The position numbers and the translations under genes were made by a program. This document shows, piece after piece, positions 24,401-36,761 of a DNA stretch of 64,000 nucleotides (its first letter is position 1; every line of letters starts with the position of its first letter). Source of the DNA: Anthoceros angustus. Its lineage: Eukaryota; Plantae; Anthocerotophyta. The stretch is from the NCBI GenBank assembly GCA_010909165.1, contig MU008178.1:756369-820368 (forward strand). Reading direction: 5' to 3'. The notes under the pieces are model-generated. The model did no database searches, was not told the DNA's origin, and saw nothing but the letters and a program-made list of their open reading frames with translations.

Positions 24401-25350
24401 CAAAATATCTAGTTCAGCTAGATTCATTCATCCTAGCATTAATTTGGGAAATGTATTTGTTGTCCTATTCTACACAACATTGGCTGAAGGCTTCTTACCT
24501 AATCGGCGGTCACCTTCATGATAGGATGCAGACCGGCTTCTGGCGCCCCAATCTACAGCGGAGGCCTTGGATTTCAAGAGGCGGGTGATGGAGATGGGGC
24601 GATGCTTCATGGAAATTACTGCCCTCTCGGAGGCTCCCTGTCGAGCGCGCCCAGACCTAGGTTGTGGCTTTCTTGACTAGATTGCAGCACAACGACATTT
24701 TTTAGAAGTCTACTATAGAGCTGCCCAACGGCGATGTGGAGATGATCCGTAGGAGGATTTTTCAGCATGTCCCCGCCTGTCGCAGGCCCCCTTTTGTTCT
24801 CGTTTTACAGGTTGGCCTAGCCCAAGCCTTAACTGATGTACACGCCGGTTACCTCTACTGTTTTTCTTTTTAGGGTAATAAGATGTGGTTTATCATCAAA
24901 ACCCATTCTAAATTAGTGTTGTTGTAAACGACCGGTGTCTCGTCGTAAAGGGTCTTGTTGTAAATCCTACAGGGGTGTAGTAAACTATTGGATGTTGTAA
25001 AATACCATTGGCATGTTGTAAAAGAACCCGTTGTAATCGAGAAAGTCCTGTAGTAAATTGTAAGCCCGTAGTAAACGAACATGCCATCGTTGTATCGTCC
25101 ATAAGCTCTTTTGTAAATAACAAGTGCTCCGTAGTAAAGTCCATTTTGATTTGCCACGTCAGCTTTTGCGCCTTTGGCAAAACAAGCCCTGCAGTAAAGT
25201 TGGAATGAGCCCTAGTAAATTCTGGGCTATACCTGAAAATAATACATGGACTTGAAACGGTGCCTTCAATTGACGTAGTAAAATGGGCGGCCGTGGTAAA
25301 ATGCACCCCCGTTAACTTCAATTAGTAAAAGTGTACTTTTCCTAGTAGTG
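21469..25350. mobile_element. Non-autonomous CACTA (En/Spm) element
   Basis: 26-bp TIR CACTACTAGGAAAAGTAYACTTTTAC with 1 mismatch at both ends. Many GTAGTAAA subterminal repeats at 21530-22140 and 24950-25330. The 3-bp flanks TTG/CTG have one mismatch. No transposase was seen. Confidence 0.87.
22110..23337 (-). pseudogene. Retrotransposon gag-like fragment inside the CACTA element
   Basis: ORF pieces YRHERFSERPGTQSLRDFKLSV...FEQLSGHLADEALDLY and a degenerate C..CRMPG knuckle. A PPT followed by a TGTTGG LTR-like start lies at about 23598-23608 on the minus strand. Confidence 0.45.
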
Positions 25351-26229
25351 CTGGCTTCAAGCTAGTGTACGTCCTTGGGCAAAGCGTAAGAGAGCGAACT
25401 TGCGGGACATAGTCATAACAGCTGTGGTTGGTGACGTGGTACCAATCAGCGAGCCATCACATGGTGTCTATTACCTCGAGCCAAAGTCGGGTAAAGAGAT
25501 CGTGCTTGGTCTACAATCTATCAAGATATCAATAGTGGCGGGTCCTAACAATGAGGATCTAGAGTCATGTGTTCTGATACTATGTAGGAAAGGGAGCAAG
25601 CCTAAAACAAGAAATTAACAAAATAATAAAATAATAAGTAAATTAGGTTATATCCAAGAGGGCTTATATACCCTTAGACGAAAGGGTGTGTCCTTTGGAC
25701 TAAGATGTCTAGAGTCATATTATAATAATTCGAACCTCGAGCGTAGTCGGGTTCCGAGTGTTTCACATGCTGACCAGGATTTGCGTCCCTCTTAGGGTGG
25801 ATTCGCATGAACCCGCTTAGGCTCTTTTATAAGTTTTTAATGTGGCGGGCGTCGCATGTAAAGTGGCAAACCGAACCGAACTTTTCGCAGCAGTCTCCTG
25901 TCTTCACACATGGGATCAAGACATAAGCAGCATTCTCGGCCGGTGTCTGCTGTTTCTAATGGAGAGTCCGCTACCATTGCTTGGAGGTCTTCTTGCGAAT
26001 TGATTCCTTTAATGCCATTGCTTTGAGGCCTCATCAGTAATTCTGCGGTGAGTAAAATGGTTCTTCTCCACTTGATGTAGATGCCCAATTCGAAGAATTA
26101 GAGACCGTGTTGCACTCTTTACAGTCTGATATCATAATTCTTCTAGCTCACTTGCAGCGTGTATCAAAAATCTCTCATCGAATGCTTCATGTGGTGTAGT
26201 ACGGCGAGTATTACATTAAGCCGAGAGTG

Positions 26230-27295
26230 GATGGGCTTTTTTCCCTTCACCACAACCTGGTTGCAAGAGAGGATCCGCTAAGGTTTGCTATGTTCTATCG
26301 CTTCAAGCCTGATTCTTTCGATTACTTGTGTTCACTGGTTGCAGTGGACCTCCAACCCACGTAAATTCTCGATTCAAATATCCTGTGAGGATTTTACGCT
26401 TGAGAAGCGAGTTGGAATCGCTCTCCGAAGACTTGCAACTGGGGATTCTTACTGCACCCTCAGTGAGTTGTTTGGTGTAGGTTCGTCCACAACCTTCGAT
26501 ATTTGTCGTCGATTTGTGACTTCTATTTTGCAGCGTGGCAAACATCACCTACAGTGGCCAATTGCTCCAAGGTTCACAGAGATCAAGCAAGGCTTTCAAC
26601 TTCAACATGGACTTGTGAATTGTTGTGGTGCAATTGACACCACTCATTTCACCATTGAATTGCCTGAATCTCGCTAAGCACGGATTGGTATGGTAGATAT
26701 GGCACCTACACCATGGCTATGCAGGCAGTTGTAGGTCCGACAAAGCTTTCCTTGATGTAGTCACTGGGTGGCCTGGAAATGCCACAAATAGTAGAATTTT
26801 TCGGAACAGTTCGTTGTATGCTGATGCATGTTCAGGAAGACGCCTGAACGGTCCAGTCTTACAACTCAATATAGCTGTGGTTCGGGAATAAATTGTGGCG
26901 GATGCCGGGTATCCTGACATGCCTTGGGTTGTCACACCATATCCCGGAAAGCAGCTATCAGCTCAGTGGGATTCTTTTAATTTCAAGCAGTCCTCCACTC
27001 GCATGATAGTGGAGGGAGCCTTTGGTCAACTTATATGCATCTGGCGTATACTCGGATGAAAAGTATGGAGGGGTTCAACTGAATATTTCATGAAGTGACA
27101 TATGCCCGTTGCATTTTGCACAACATACGTCTCCAATATGGTGAGCCTGAGTACTGCAGGCTGTTTGAAGGATATGTTCCCAAGAGAAGAGTGCACATGC
27201 AAGGTGAAAGGCACGAAGGAGACAATGCTGAAGAATCCCACAAATTGAGAGAAACACTAATGTTGTACACGTGTGAATCAATAGAGACTTCCTAG
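26230..27295 (+). pseudogene. Harbinger DDE transposase (ALP1/HARBI1-like) with stops and frameshifts
   Basis: FKPDSFDYLCSLV, EKRVGIALRRLATGDSY...FGVG.ST, NCCGAIDTTH, GWPG, ADAGYP and H..TRMIVEGAFGQL; stop at 26675-26677. Confidence 0.85.
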
Positions 27296-27326
27296 GCAAG
27301 TCAACTTTTTACAGTAGACAAAATCG

Positions 27327-27900
27327 TCATTCTAAAGGCTTGTTGGATTTTGCTATACACTCTCCAACGAATCTGATGTTCTCACCTATGCTTTTGAGTG
27401 CTGACACATAAAGTGCAGCATTCTGTGAATCAATCTCGATTCTGTGGTTCTCCAACTGTAGGATATCTTCATGCCTACGTTGATCATGTTGAACCAATTC
27501 TGCGTGTCTTCTATCATGATTAGTGTCAGCAGCTGCCAATGCCTCAACCAAGGCCTGGTTGTTACTCCTCAAAGTAGAGAGAACACCTTCCGATGACTTG
27601 GCTCTTACTTTCCGCCTTTTCCCTTGAGTGCTGGTCTTGGTAGGTGAGACACCAGTACTCTTAGTTTCTGGTGTCCTAGTAGGTTCTGGTGTCCCATGGT
27701 TTCCGTGAGTCCACATCCTCATCAGTGTGTTGACTACAACTGCTCGGCATTCCTTCAAATACAGTAGGATTCTGGTATCCAAATACATCAAAATCTTCAT
27801 CTCTTTGTACTGAACCACTTGAAGGTATGCCAAAATTGTCAACATCTGCACACAATGAAAGCCAATCAAATCTAACCACAAATAAGGAAATTCAACTCAA
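27327..27900 (-). CDS. Harbinger second ORF (Myb/SANT-partner type), C-terminal coiled-coil part; probably spliced or decayed
   Basis: ORF convergent with the transposase and inside the TIRs; KRRK followed by a helical RHAELVQHDQRRHEDILQLE region. No Myb domain was identified. Confidence 0.5.
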
Positions 27901-28772
27901 TTCATGATTTGTAGCTTGGAGTGGCTGTACCTGCATTGTTATCTCTCCTGAATCATTGTTCATCTCTCCTGAATCACCGTATCCAAGCTGCATTGCAGCT
28001 CGTCGTAGCTTCTTTCCCAGCTCGTCGTAGCTTCTTTCCGGAGCCGGAACCGATTACAACCACCTAAAAAAGCCCCCCTACCGTAAACATAGGCAGGACT
28101 TTCGTATGTTAAAGATGGTCTCATGGCGGGCCCTTTTCCGCCAAAATGTCATTCCGAAAGCGGAGGTGCCCACATGCGAATCCGCCCTTATGCTGGTATA
28201 GCTATGTATGGGTTTGTGAAGTCGAACTAATTCGACGTCTTCATAATGGTATTATGTATGGATATGTGAAGTTGAACTAATTCGACGGGTGTTTATCAGC
28301 GCCATGATCGCCGGAGCCGAGCGCCGAGGCCAGGCCAGGGACACACTCAAACACTCGAGTCTCAACTGTCTCCGTCGCAGCGCACCGCCGCGGCTGGACG
28401 TCTCGCTCTCGCACAATTCACCTCGCAAAAAGCGGCTTGGTGGGCGAGGAGGCTTGAGGAGAAGGAGCTGGTGACTGCGCCTTCCGTGGATGCGGCGGAG
28501 ACCGGGTGGATTGGGGCCATTGTTTGTGGAGGGGGGGAGCGGGCTGGCCGGGCCAATTTTGAGCTTAGATGGAGTCGGCTTGAGTGTCCGGGAGGGCGTT
28601 TAGATCTGGGGTTGGAGTAGGTTTGGGATTGGAGGATAGGTGTGCGGAATTATCGCTTGGGTTCCGTTCCTAGTGCGTGTTTTGCGTGATGCGCAGATTT
28701 TGGTGTAGTGTTGTGAGCTTGATCTGGAGTGATTCTTGAAGTGCAGCGAGGCAATTCCTCCGGCCTCCAGCC

Positions 28773-31125
28773 ATGAGAGGTGTGAGAGCAGGCCGGCTGG
28801 CCTTGCAGGCTGCGGGTCTGTTGGCAGCAGCAGGAACCGTGAGTTTGACTGTGGCACGGAGTAGGGAGACGGGGGGTTTGGGGGTTGTGAAGGAAAGAAT
28901 GGTGGCTTTGAATGGGGAGGTGGCTCCGCGGGCTGTGCAGCTGGCTGCATTGCAGGGAAGCAGTCCCGCCAGCCCCTTCGATATCCTTGTCATCGGAGGC
29001 GGTGCGACAGGCTGCGGTGCTGCTCTGGATGCTTCCACCCGGGGATTGCGTGTGGCGCTTGTGGAGCGAGATGATTTTGGAGCTGGCACTTCCTCGCGCT
29101 CCACCAAGCTCGTGCATGGAGGTCGGGATCTTAGTTGTGTTGCGTTGTCGTCCGATTCTGTGTAGAATTGGGGAATTTGTGTCACAGTTTTGGTTTTGCT
29201 TCTCAGATTTTGTAATAGAGGGTGCAGGATGTTTCGTGTTAGGGTTTTGATCGGAGCTTTGCGGGAGGATTCCTGACGGTGGATCGTTTGGTGGCAGGAG
29301 TGAGGTATTTGGAGAAAGCTGTGTTTCAGCTTGACTACGGCCAGCTGAAATTGGTGTTTCATGCGCTTGAGGAGCGCGTAAGAATCCTTCAGAATGCACC
29401 GCATCTGTGCAATCCTTTGCCCACCATGACACCATGTTATGAGTGGTGGGAGATCCCTTACTACTGGGCTGGGCTGAAGTTGTATGATCTGGTTGCTGGT
29501 CGGCGCATGCTGCATATTTCTCGTTATTATTCTGCGCAGGAGTCTTTGGAATTGTTTCCAACTTTGGCGAAAGCTGCTGCTGATGGAAAGACTCTCAAGG
29601 GTACTGTCGTTTACTATGATGGTCAGATGAATGATTCACGCCTTAACGTGGCATTGGCATGCACGGGAGCGATGGCTGGGGCAGCTGTTCTCAACCATGC
29701 AGAGGCTGTATCGCTCCTCAAGGATGACATCACAGGGCGCATAAGTGGAGCCCGAATACGAGAGAAGCTCACAGGGGTGCAATTTGATGTGTATGCTAAG
29801 GTTGTCATCAATGCAGCAGGTCCCTTCTGTGATGAAGTCAGGAAAATGGCAGATAGTACTGCCACACCAATCATTTCACCTAGCAGTGGTGTGCACATTG
29901 TGCTTCCTGATTATTACTCCCCTGAATCAATGGGCCTCATAGTTCCCAAGACTAAGGATGGAAGGGTGGTGTTCATGCTGCCATGGCTTGGGAGGACTGT
30001 TGCTGGTACTACGGACTCTAGCACCCCTTTGACAATGTTGCCAGAGCCTACAGAAGAAGACATCCAATTCATCCTGGACGCTATCAGTGATTACCTGTGC
30101 GTCAAGGTATGTCCCTTGCTGCAGGGATGCAACTCTAATTTGCCCTTTTGTTCATCTTACTTTCCAGGCTAATTGAGATATGCCTTGTGGTTGATGGATG
30201 TAGGTGCGGCGGACTGATGTTCTGTCCGCATGGAGTGGGATCAGGCCACTGGCTACAGATCCCAAAGCCACAGACACGGCTAGTATCTCGAGGGATCATG
30301 TCATTGTCAAAGATACGGATGGTCTGGTCACGGTCACCGGTGGCAAATGGACAACATACAGAAGGTCAGCATGACGACTCTGTATGACATGCTTCGAGAT
30401 TCACTTCTAGTGGCTCTAACAAGGCTTTTTGACATTCATCTGTTTTGTTGCACCAGTATGGCAGAGGATGCTGTTGATGTGGCCATCAAGACCGGTGCCT
30501 TAGCACCAAGCAATGCTTGTGTGACAAGAGACTTGCCTTTGGCTGGAGCTGAGGGCTGGGACCCAGCTTCGTTCACAGTACTCGCCCAACAATTCCTCCG
30601 AATGAAGAGAACTTATGGTGGCAAAGTGGTTCCTGGGGCCATGGATACAGCGGCGGCAAAGCATTTGGTTCATTCCTACGGAGGATTAGCTCCACGTGTT
30701 GCTATCATCGGACAGGTATGTGCCACTGCCTCCGTGGAATTGGATTCGGCTGTAGCATGATCAAACTCATCTTAATGCTTACATGGCATTTTCTTACGCT
30801 GTTTTAACGTTTGCAGAACGAGTTCTTGGGCAAGAGGCTGGCACATGGGTATCCAGTTCTGGAAGCTGAAGTGGCATATGCTGCTCGGAACGAGTACTGC
30901 GAGTCAGCGGTGGATTTCCTTGCAAGGCGATCGAGGTTGGCCTTTCTAGACACGAATGCAGCTGGCAAAGCATTGCCTCGGGTTATTGAGATATTGGCAG
31001 CTGAACACAAATGGGATAGGGCACGAAGGAATCAAGAACTAGCTAATGCCAAGGCGTTCCTTGAAACATTCCGATCATCCAAGAATGCCACATTCCACGA
31101 CGGGAAACACAAGTCTTCCCCTTGA
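28773..31125 (+). CDS. SDP6: Mitochondrial FAD-dependent glycerol-3-phosphate dehydrogenase (multi-exon)
   Basis: [48 protein letters not shown] and [11 protein letters not shown]. Confidence 0.93.
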
Positions 31126-33082
31126 GGGTAGGACGGACTACATATATTATTGCGAACCCGTTTCGTTCTTTGCATTTCCTTTTAGAGTAAGAATTGTAGA
31201 ACTGCAGTACCTATAGACGTTGGACTTGAGAACCAAATCCAAATGAGCAAGCTGAAGCTAATGGAGATGTACACTGCTTAGATTTTTGCAATAGGTTACT
31301 AGACTAAGTAGATACATAAAAGGACTCGGAATTCCGGAGCTCCTACCAGGTATGTGTGTACATATATACCTCTTGAACAGGCAATGGGTGTGGGCGGACT
31401 ACCTACCTCACCCTGCATGCGCCAGTTGTCCGAGACTTTCCGGTGCCCATCTTGTCTCTTCTTCATAATAAAGTCTCCTGTTGTCATCTTGTCTTGGCCT
31501 TCCCTGAGGACTGCGCAGTCGGCTATGCTGACCTGGTCCTGGTGAGGGACCCGGCAGCGTGGGTGGCCACCTGGGAACTGGGCTTGTTGGGGTGCTGTCC
31601 GCCCTCAATTTGGCGATTCAGGTCTAGTGTGTGCGCAGAGGAGGGCCTTTCCTGGTTGCCGTCTACGAGCCCCTCCAATCTGTGGTGGCGGCCTTCCTTG
31701 CGCTTGTGTTTCTGGGGGAGCCACCTTGTCTCTTGGCAGCTGTCTAGGCGGAATCCTCGTCATCCTTGGCCTCTCCTCTGTTACCTGGGGGCAGGTGGAG
31801 AATGGAGGTTTTAGCTAGCCTTGATGACCATCCCGGCAGCAGCACGAAGCAGTCGCTATTGCAACAACCACAAGGTGGCAATCCCTGACCTGCAGATGGC
31901 GTCGCGGGCCAGGGCCGAGGCCCGATTTCGGGGCATTGCTCACGTCCGCAGTTTCCCCATACGTACGGAAGACGTTCCTTGTTCGAATTCTGTGGCACAT
32001 AGTGCTGACCGTGTTTCAGTAGTCATTTTCTTCTTTAGACATCTCCACCTCGAGTTCATATGTTTTTACTTAAAGGATGAGGTAATCCCAAGCCAAATTT
32101 TACTTAAAACAACTTGATTATGTCACTTGGTGGAACCTCTCAAGGCCAAGGGCCTTCTCCCCCAACCCAAAGGGGGAGGGGGCGTTCATAAGAGGACTCC
32201 TCCATACCACCCCATCCAGGTAATTAGGCGAAGGGTTGAAGGGCTTAATAGGTTCGTTCCTTAGATTCCCGGTGGTTATCTAAGGGGAAAGGCCCTTGGA
32301 TTCCCGGTGGTTATATAAGGGGAAAGGCCCCTGACCTACAAAGAAAGCCAATCAAGCCTACAGGCATTGCTCACTATGTGCTCTGCTGAATCTCCTGCTG
32401 CCGTCTCCTAAGCTTCTCCAAAAACGAGGAGGACAAATGAAAGAATCCCAAGTCGATTGGCGAGAGGCGATACCAACGCACCACCTGCAATAGCTGCAAC
32501 TCTTGAGGGCGATACCAACGGACCACCTGCAACAGCTACCACTCCCTCAAGAGTTCAACTCCTCGAAGACACTTGCAATTGCAAGCACATAGTCCCGCAA
32601 TCACAAGCTGCTGAGAATTTCAAACAGGTGGCCGTGGATATAGTCGTTCTCCACTATGGGAGCGGGAGAAAAAAGGTAAAAATAAAAATATACTTAATTG
32701 ATGATATAAATAAGTCCATGGTCTCAAAATGTGCCCGTTCGGACTGGCCATGGTCCAAACTGACACATTTTGAGACCGGGACGTGGCATCCACGTCACGG
32801 TCTTGTTCTTTCGGTGTGAAGCCACCCTAATCCGTCTACGTACCAACCAGTCATTTTTTAGCATTTTCATTTTCTTATTCTGCATTCGACAATACCTAGT
32901 TTGTTTGAATTTAGGTTTGTCGAATTGGGGCCGTTAATTGCGATTAACAGACATCTATTCGCCACGATCGATGTGAATTTGGCCTTTCTTTGGGGTGTGA
33001 CTACCTTCTTGTCGTTGGGAGGGGAATGTCCGCGCTGGATATGATAAGATTGCAGTGAGGGACATCAATTGGGCTCCAGGGC

Positions 33083-36000
33083 ATGGGGGACGGGCAAGCA
33101 CGGAGGTCCAAGCGGCGGCGTCAGCCCGTGGACTATGCGCGGCTGGACAGCACGGGTTACACGGACAGAGTGCAGTACAAGAAGCTCGCGAAGGCGGTTC
33201 TGCGATGGCCGGAAGGCACGGTCACGGCAGGGCCGTCAGTGAAGACGCTGCCAGCTGACCGCCTTGCGGAGTACGTACATTCCACTGGCTTCCGTGACCC
33301 TTGTGTGGTGCGGGCAACCACGGATGCTTCCCAAGCTCTGGGTATCAGGTCAGTGGTAACACCTCAAGTCAGTGTTACACCCGTAGGGCGCACCTCCTCA
33401 TGTGAGCAAAAATGTATGAGTTTGGGATGCCCTGCAGGCTGCCAGAAGGGGAATTGACCCTGCAGCAGTTATCTCGATTGGTGGGCATGGATAAGCAGGT
33501 CAACACGATAGACGTCTCCACACAGGTGGATACTCTTCCCAGGTGTGACGGTGGTTTTTTGTGCTCGGATTAGTGCTGGAAGTTTTGAATTGTTGTGTTC
33601 GGAGTATTGCTCCAAGTTTTGGAATTCACTTTGGGGACTTATTGTGCTTGGAGTATTTCGGGAATCTTGGAATCTTCTCGTTGAAGTTCAGAGACGCCAG
33701 TCTATTAACGTGGTTACGACTGCAGTCAGAAGGACCACTTTATTCTATGGCAGAATGGATGGACTATTATTTTAAGTCATCTCGGAAGCCCTTACTGAAT
33801 GTGGTTTCCCTTGAGCTGGCCAACACTCCTGCACAAGAACTGGTGTGTGTCGGATCTGGAATTCTCATCATGGAATTTAATTCGAAATTCACGGCATTTG
33901 TCCCGTGGATGCTGTTTTGACGGCTTCTTTTGATGCATGAACAGATGAGCTCACCATCTCTGGTTAAAGAGCTTGACCTGGTGGATAGAAATTGGCCCCC
34001 TTCTCACCTTCCAATCCCAAAGGTGTGTCATCACAGACGATTCCAATGGGCTAGCAGCTTCTTTTAGTGCTCAGGAGTGATGCAGTGCTTTTTCTTCTTT
34101 CAGGTCCAGCTCTATGCACTGATGAGTGTTGCTGGGTGCTTCATGGATTTCCACGTTGACTTTGGGGGCTCCTCCGTCTGGTATCATGTTCTCAGGTAAA
34201 CTGAACCTCCCCGTGCTCGCATTAAACCTGTGACTCTGTTACATTAATGTGTTAAGTATGCTGACTGACATATTGTCAAGCAGCGGTCGGAAGGTGTTCT
34301 TACTAGTACCTCCAACAAAAGGGAACCTTGCAGCTTTTGAGGAGTGGTCCTCTTCTGACAGGCAGGCACGATCCTTCTTCCCCTAACTGCTGAAGGTGTC
34401 CCTATGGAGAGATGCACATGCGTTCAGCTGTGGCATATGGCTGCTTCCTTGTCTGGCTGCTTCCCATTCTGAGTATTTTATTTCTCGTTGGCAGGCTAGT
34501 GTGTTTTTGGCAGAGCGATCGAGTGGATGTCAAAAACTGGAACTGTCAGCTGGAGACACCCTGCTGTTGTAAGAGCAATATTAACTTTTTCGGTTAACGT
34601 GTCTCTTTCCGTGTGATTTTCTGAAAGTGTGGGTGTAAGCAGACCAGGAGGATGGCCACATTGTGTCGCCACACCTGAAGACTCTCTAGTTATCGGAGGA
34701 AACTTTCTAACAGGCTACAACCTCCCCCTTCAGCTTGATATATATCCACCGCTCCCGTGTTGTCATTTCGTTGTCCTTGAGCAAACTGTGTCCAGTGGGC
34801 TATCTTGCAAGCCAACGACATCTTATTCACCAGCTTGCTTTCAAGTATGCATACTGCATCTTTAACTTTTCTTGATATCCTGCACATGGAAAATGGAGGA
34901 GAGGTTAAAAGTGCAAAGGAAGTTCCGGTTTCCTCTATATAAGCAACTCATGTGGTGTGTATTCCAACTAGATGGTTTCTTTTTTGGATCATTGGAATGT
35001 GAGAACAGGGATGTGGATACGTGTTAAGCAGTATGTCTCGCCTGCAGTTTTGTTATCTGGAGCAAACATGGGCTAGGCTAGAATAGAGAACATTAAGATC
35101 TAAGGCAGGTTCATGGGTTGCAGGACGGTCAGATGCTAAAGGAAAGATTAGATTTGCAGGCACACAGCTGCGAACTATTTGGAGCTGCTGAGAAAAGTGG
35201 ATGTTGAACAATGTGAAGAAAAGAAACAGCTCAGCAAGTGGGAGAAAGCTGGAATCGCAAGTCTTGTGAAAATTTTGAAGTTGTGGATGCGCCAGGTATT
35301 TGGTGCTTGTACATTCTCTTGTTTTTGTGTGGGGCTCTCTGCTTCTTTTTTTTTCTGTCGATCATGTAAGCACCCACCTGTGCAGACGAAAGATGCAGAG
35401 GTACCTGATCAGATAAAGGACGTACCTGCACTGTTGGAAGATCTGGAATTGCATACAAAGGTATGAGTGGGCCTTGGTGGGCTGTAGCTTGTGCCGGTTC
35501 ATTTCCGAGCTGTGGTCTAAGTTTTGCCAATTCCTTGCAGAAAGAGGGTTGTGCAACTGACGTAGACATGGGACCGGTTGGTTCAACCACAGATCGGTTG
35601 GTGGTGTCTGAGTTGTTTTTGGTAAGAAGAGGCTTCATTTCAGAAATTTCCCTCTTCCTACTTTTGGGCTTGGTAAGCGTTGTGCTATTCTACTCCTGGT
35701 TGCCTCACTTTCAGGGTGCCCCAGGAGCAGCGTCATTTGAGACCTTGGGGTCCACGCCAGCACTGAAGGTTAAGTGGGCTAGCTTTCTAACCTTGGGGCA
35801 GTTGAGCGTGCTTAGCATAAATTGTCCAAGGTTAGGTGATTGTAGCCATGAGGACAGTAGGACATGCATGCTTTCGTGGTCATGTTCTGTAGGGTTCTGC
35901 ATTAGGAGTCGTGGAAGGACAACCACATCTGTCGTCCTCTACTCTCTGCCACGACCCTATAGACGAGATTCAGCAGTTGAAGTGCTGAAGTTGATGTTGC

Positions 36001-36761
36001 CCTCCTCTCTTCTGTACAGTTATTTCTGTAACGCCTACTTATTCAGAAATAAATCAAAGTTGAGACTGAATTTCAGTCTAGAAAAGGGTGATCTTAGAAT
36101 CTGTAGCAGATCAGTATAAGGCAACGTCAGTTGCTTTTGCATACACCAGGTTACGATGCCCCCAGTTGTGTTTGTTGAGTATAGAGCCACTCGAGACTTG
36201 TGTGACATAATTCCATGATACCAGGAGTCAAATCTTCATTCGTGGTCGATGTTTATGATGTGTGTTGTGAGCAAGTATGAGCTTACTCTCCGAGGCTTGA
36301 ACGTTGATATGAACATGGCAAATTGCAGGAGGGTAATGCCGAAGAGCTCTCTGAAGAGGACGATCACAATCCACCAGAAGACATGCCGGACGACCTGGAT
36401 GAAGACTTCCAAGTGGCAGGACTCGGAGTTAGTGACGAGGACAGTCCTAGGGAAAAGAAGGCGGCCAAGCCCACTGTTTCGAAAACGAAGAAGGTAACGG
36501 TTTTTTTTGCTAGATGCTCCTGGTAATCCCGTTTCGTAGTTAAGACGGCGGCTCCCACGTGGGTACTGACCCCCTTCTGCTCTAATGCAGAAGCCGGGAC
36601 GGGGACTGGTTGCAGGTGGCGGTATGAACTCAGCGGCAACTCGATCCCCTGCCGGAACGAAGTCGTTAGAGAAGTCCAAACGTACTACTGTAAGAGAACG
36701 ACTGATGAAGAAAGTGGGGCGTGAGAAAAGAGTTCCCATGAATCCCAAATTCCACCAATAG
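33083..36761 (+). CDS. JmjC histone-demethylase-like protein of KDM2/KDM7 (JHDM1) type (multi-exon)
   Basis: Exons read GFRDP, YWMDYY...[67 protein letters not shown] and [24 protein letters not shown]. The HxD...H triad is intact. The last exon ...[11 protein letters not shown]...FHQ stops at 36759-36761. Confidence 0.85.

Larger units (their letters stand above)
18086..25727 (-). mobile_element. Ty1/Copia LTR retrotransposon remnant with nested insertions; 5' LTR 25583-25727, 3' LTR 18086-18237
   Basis: Two similar LTRs of about 150 bp share cttatatacccttaNacgaaagggtgtgtcc. ATTCG TSD at 18081-18085 and 25728-25732. PBS-like TAGTATCAGAAC at 25571-25582 and PPT AAGGGGGGGAG at 18238-18248. 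RT C-terminal (RFNLLDCKPAPIPL...PYHEAVG) and RNase H (KADILMKSLP) fragments at 18300-18850. Confidence 0.82.
25795..28187. mobile_element. PIF/Harbinger transposon, full length but decayed
   Basis: 15-bp TIR GGG(T/C)GGATTCGCATG, TTA TSD at 25792-25794 and 28188-28190, and two convergent ORFs. Confidence 0.9.

Noticed and set aside
35463-36119. 218-aa ORF as a separate nested gene
   Set aside because: It contains GT/AG-bounded small exons and intron-like text of the JmjC gene, so it is read-through of introns
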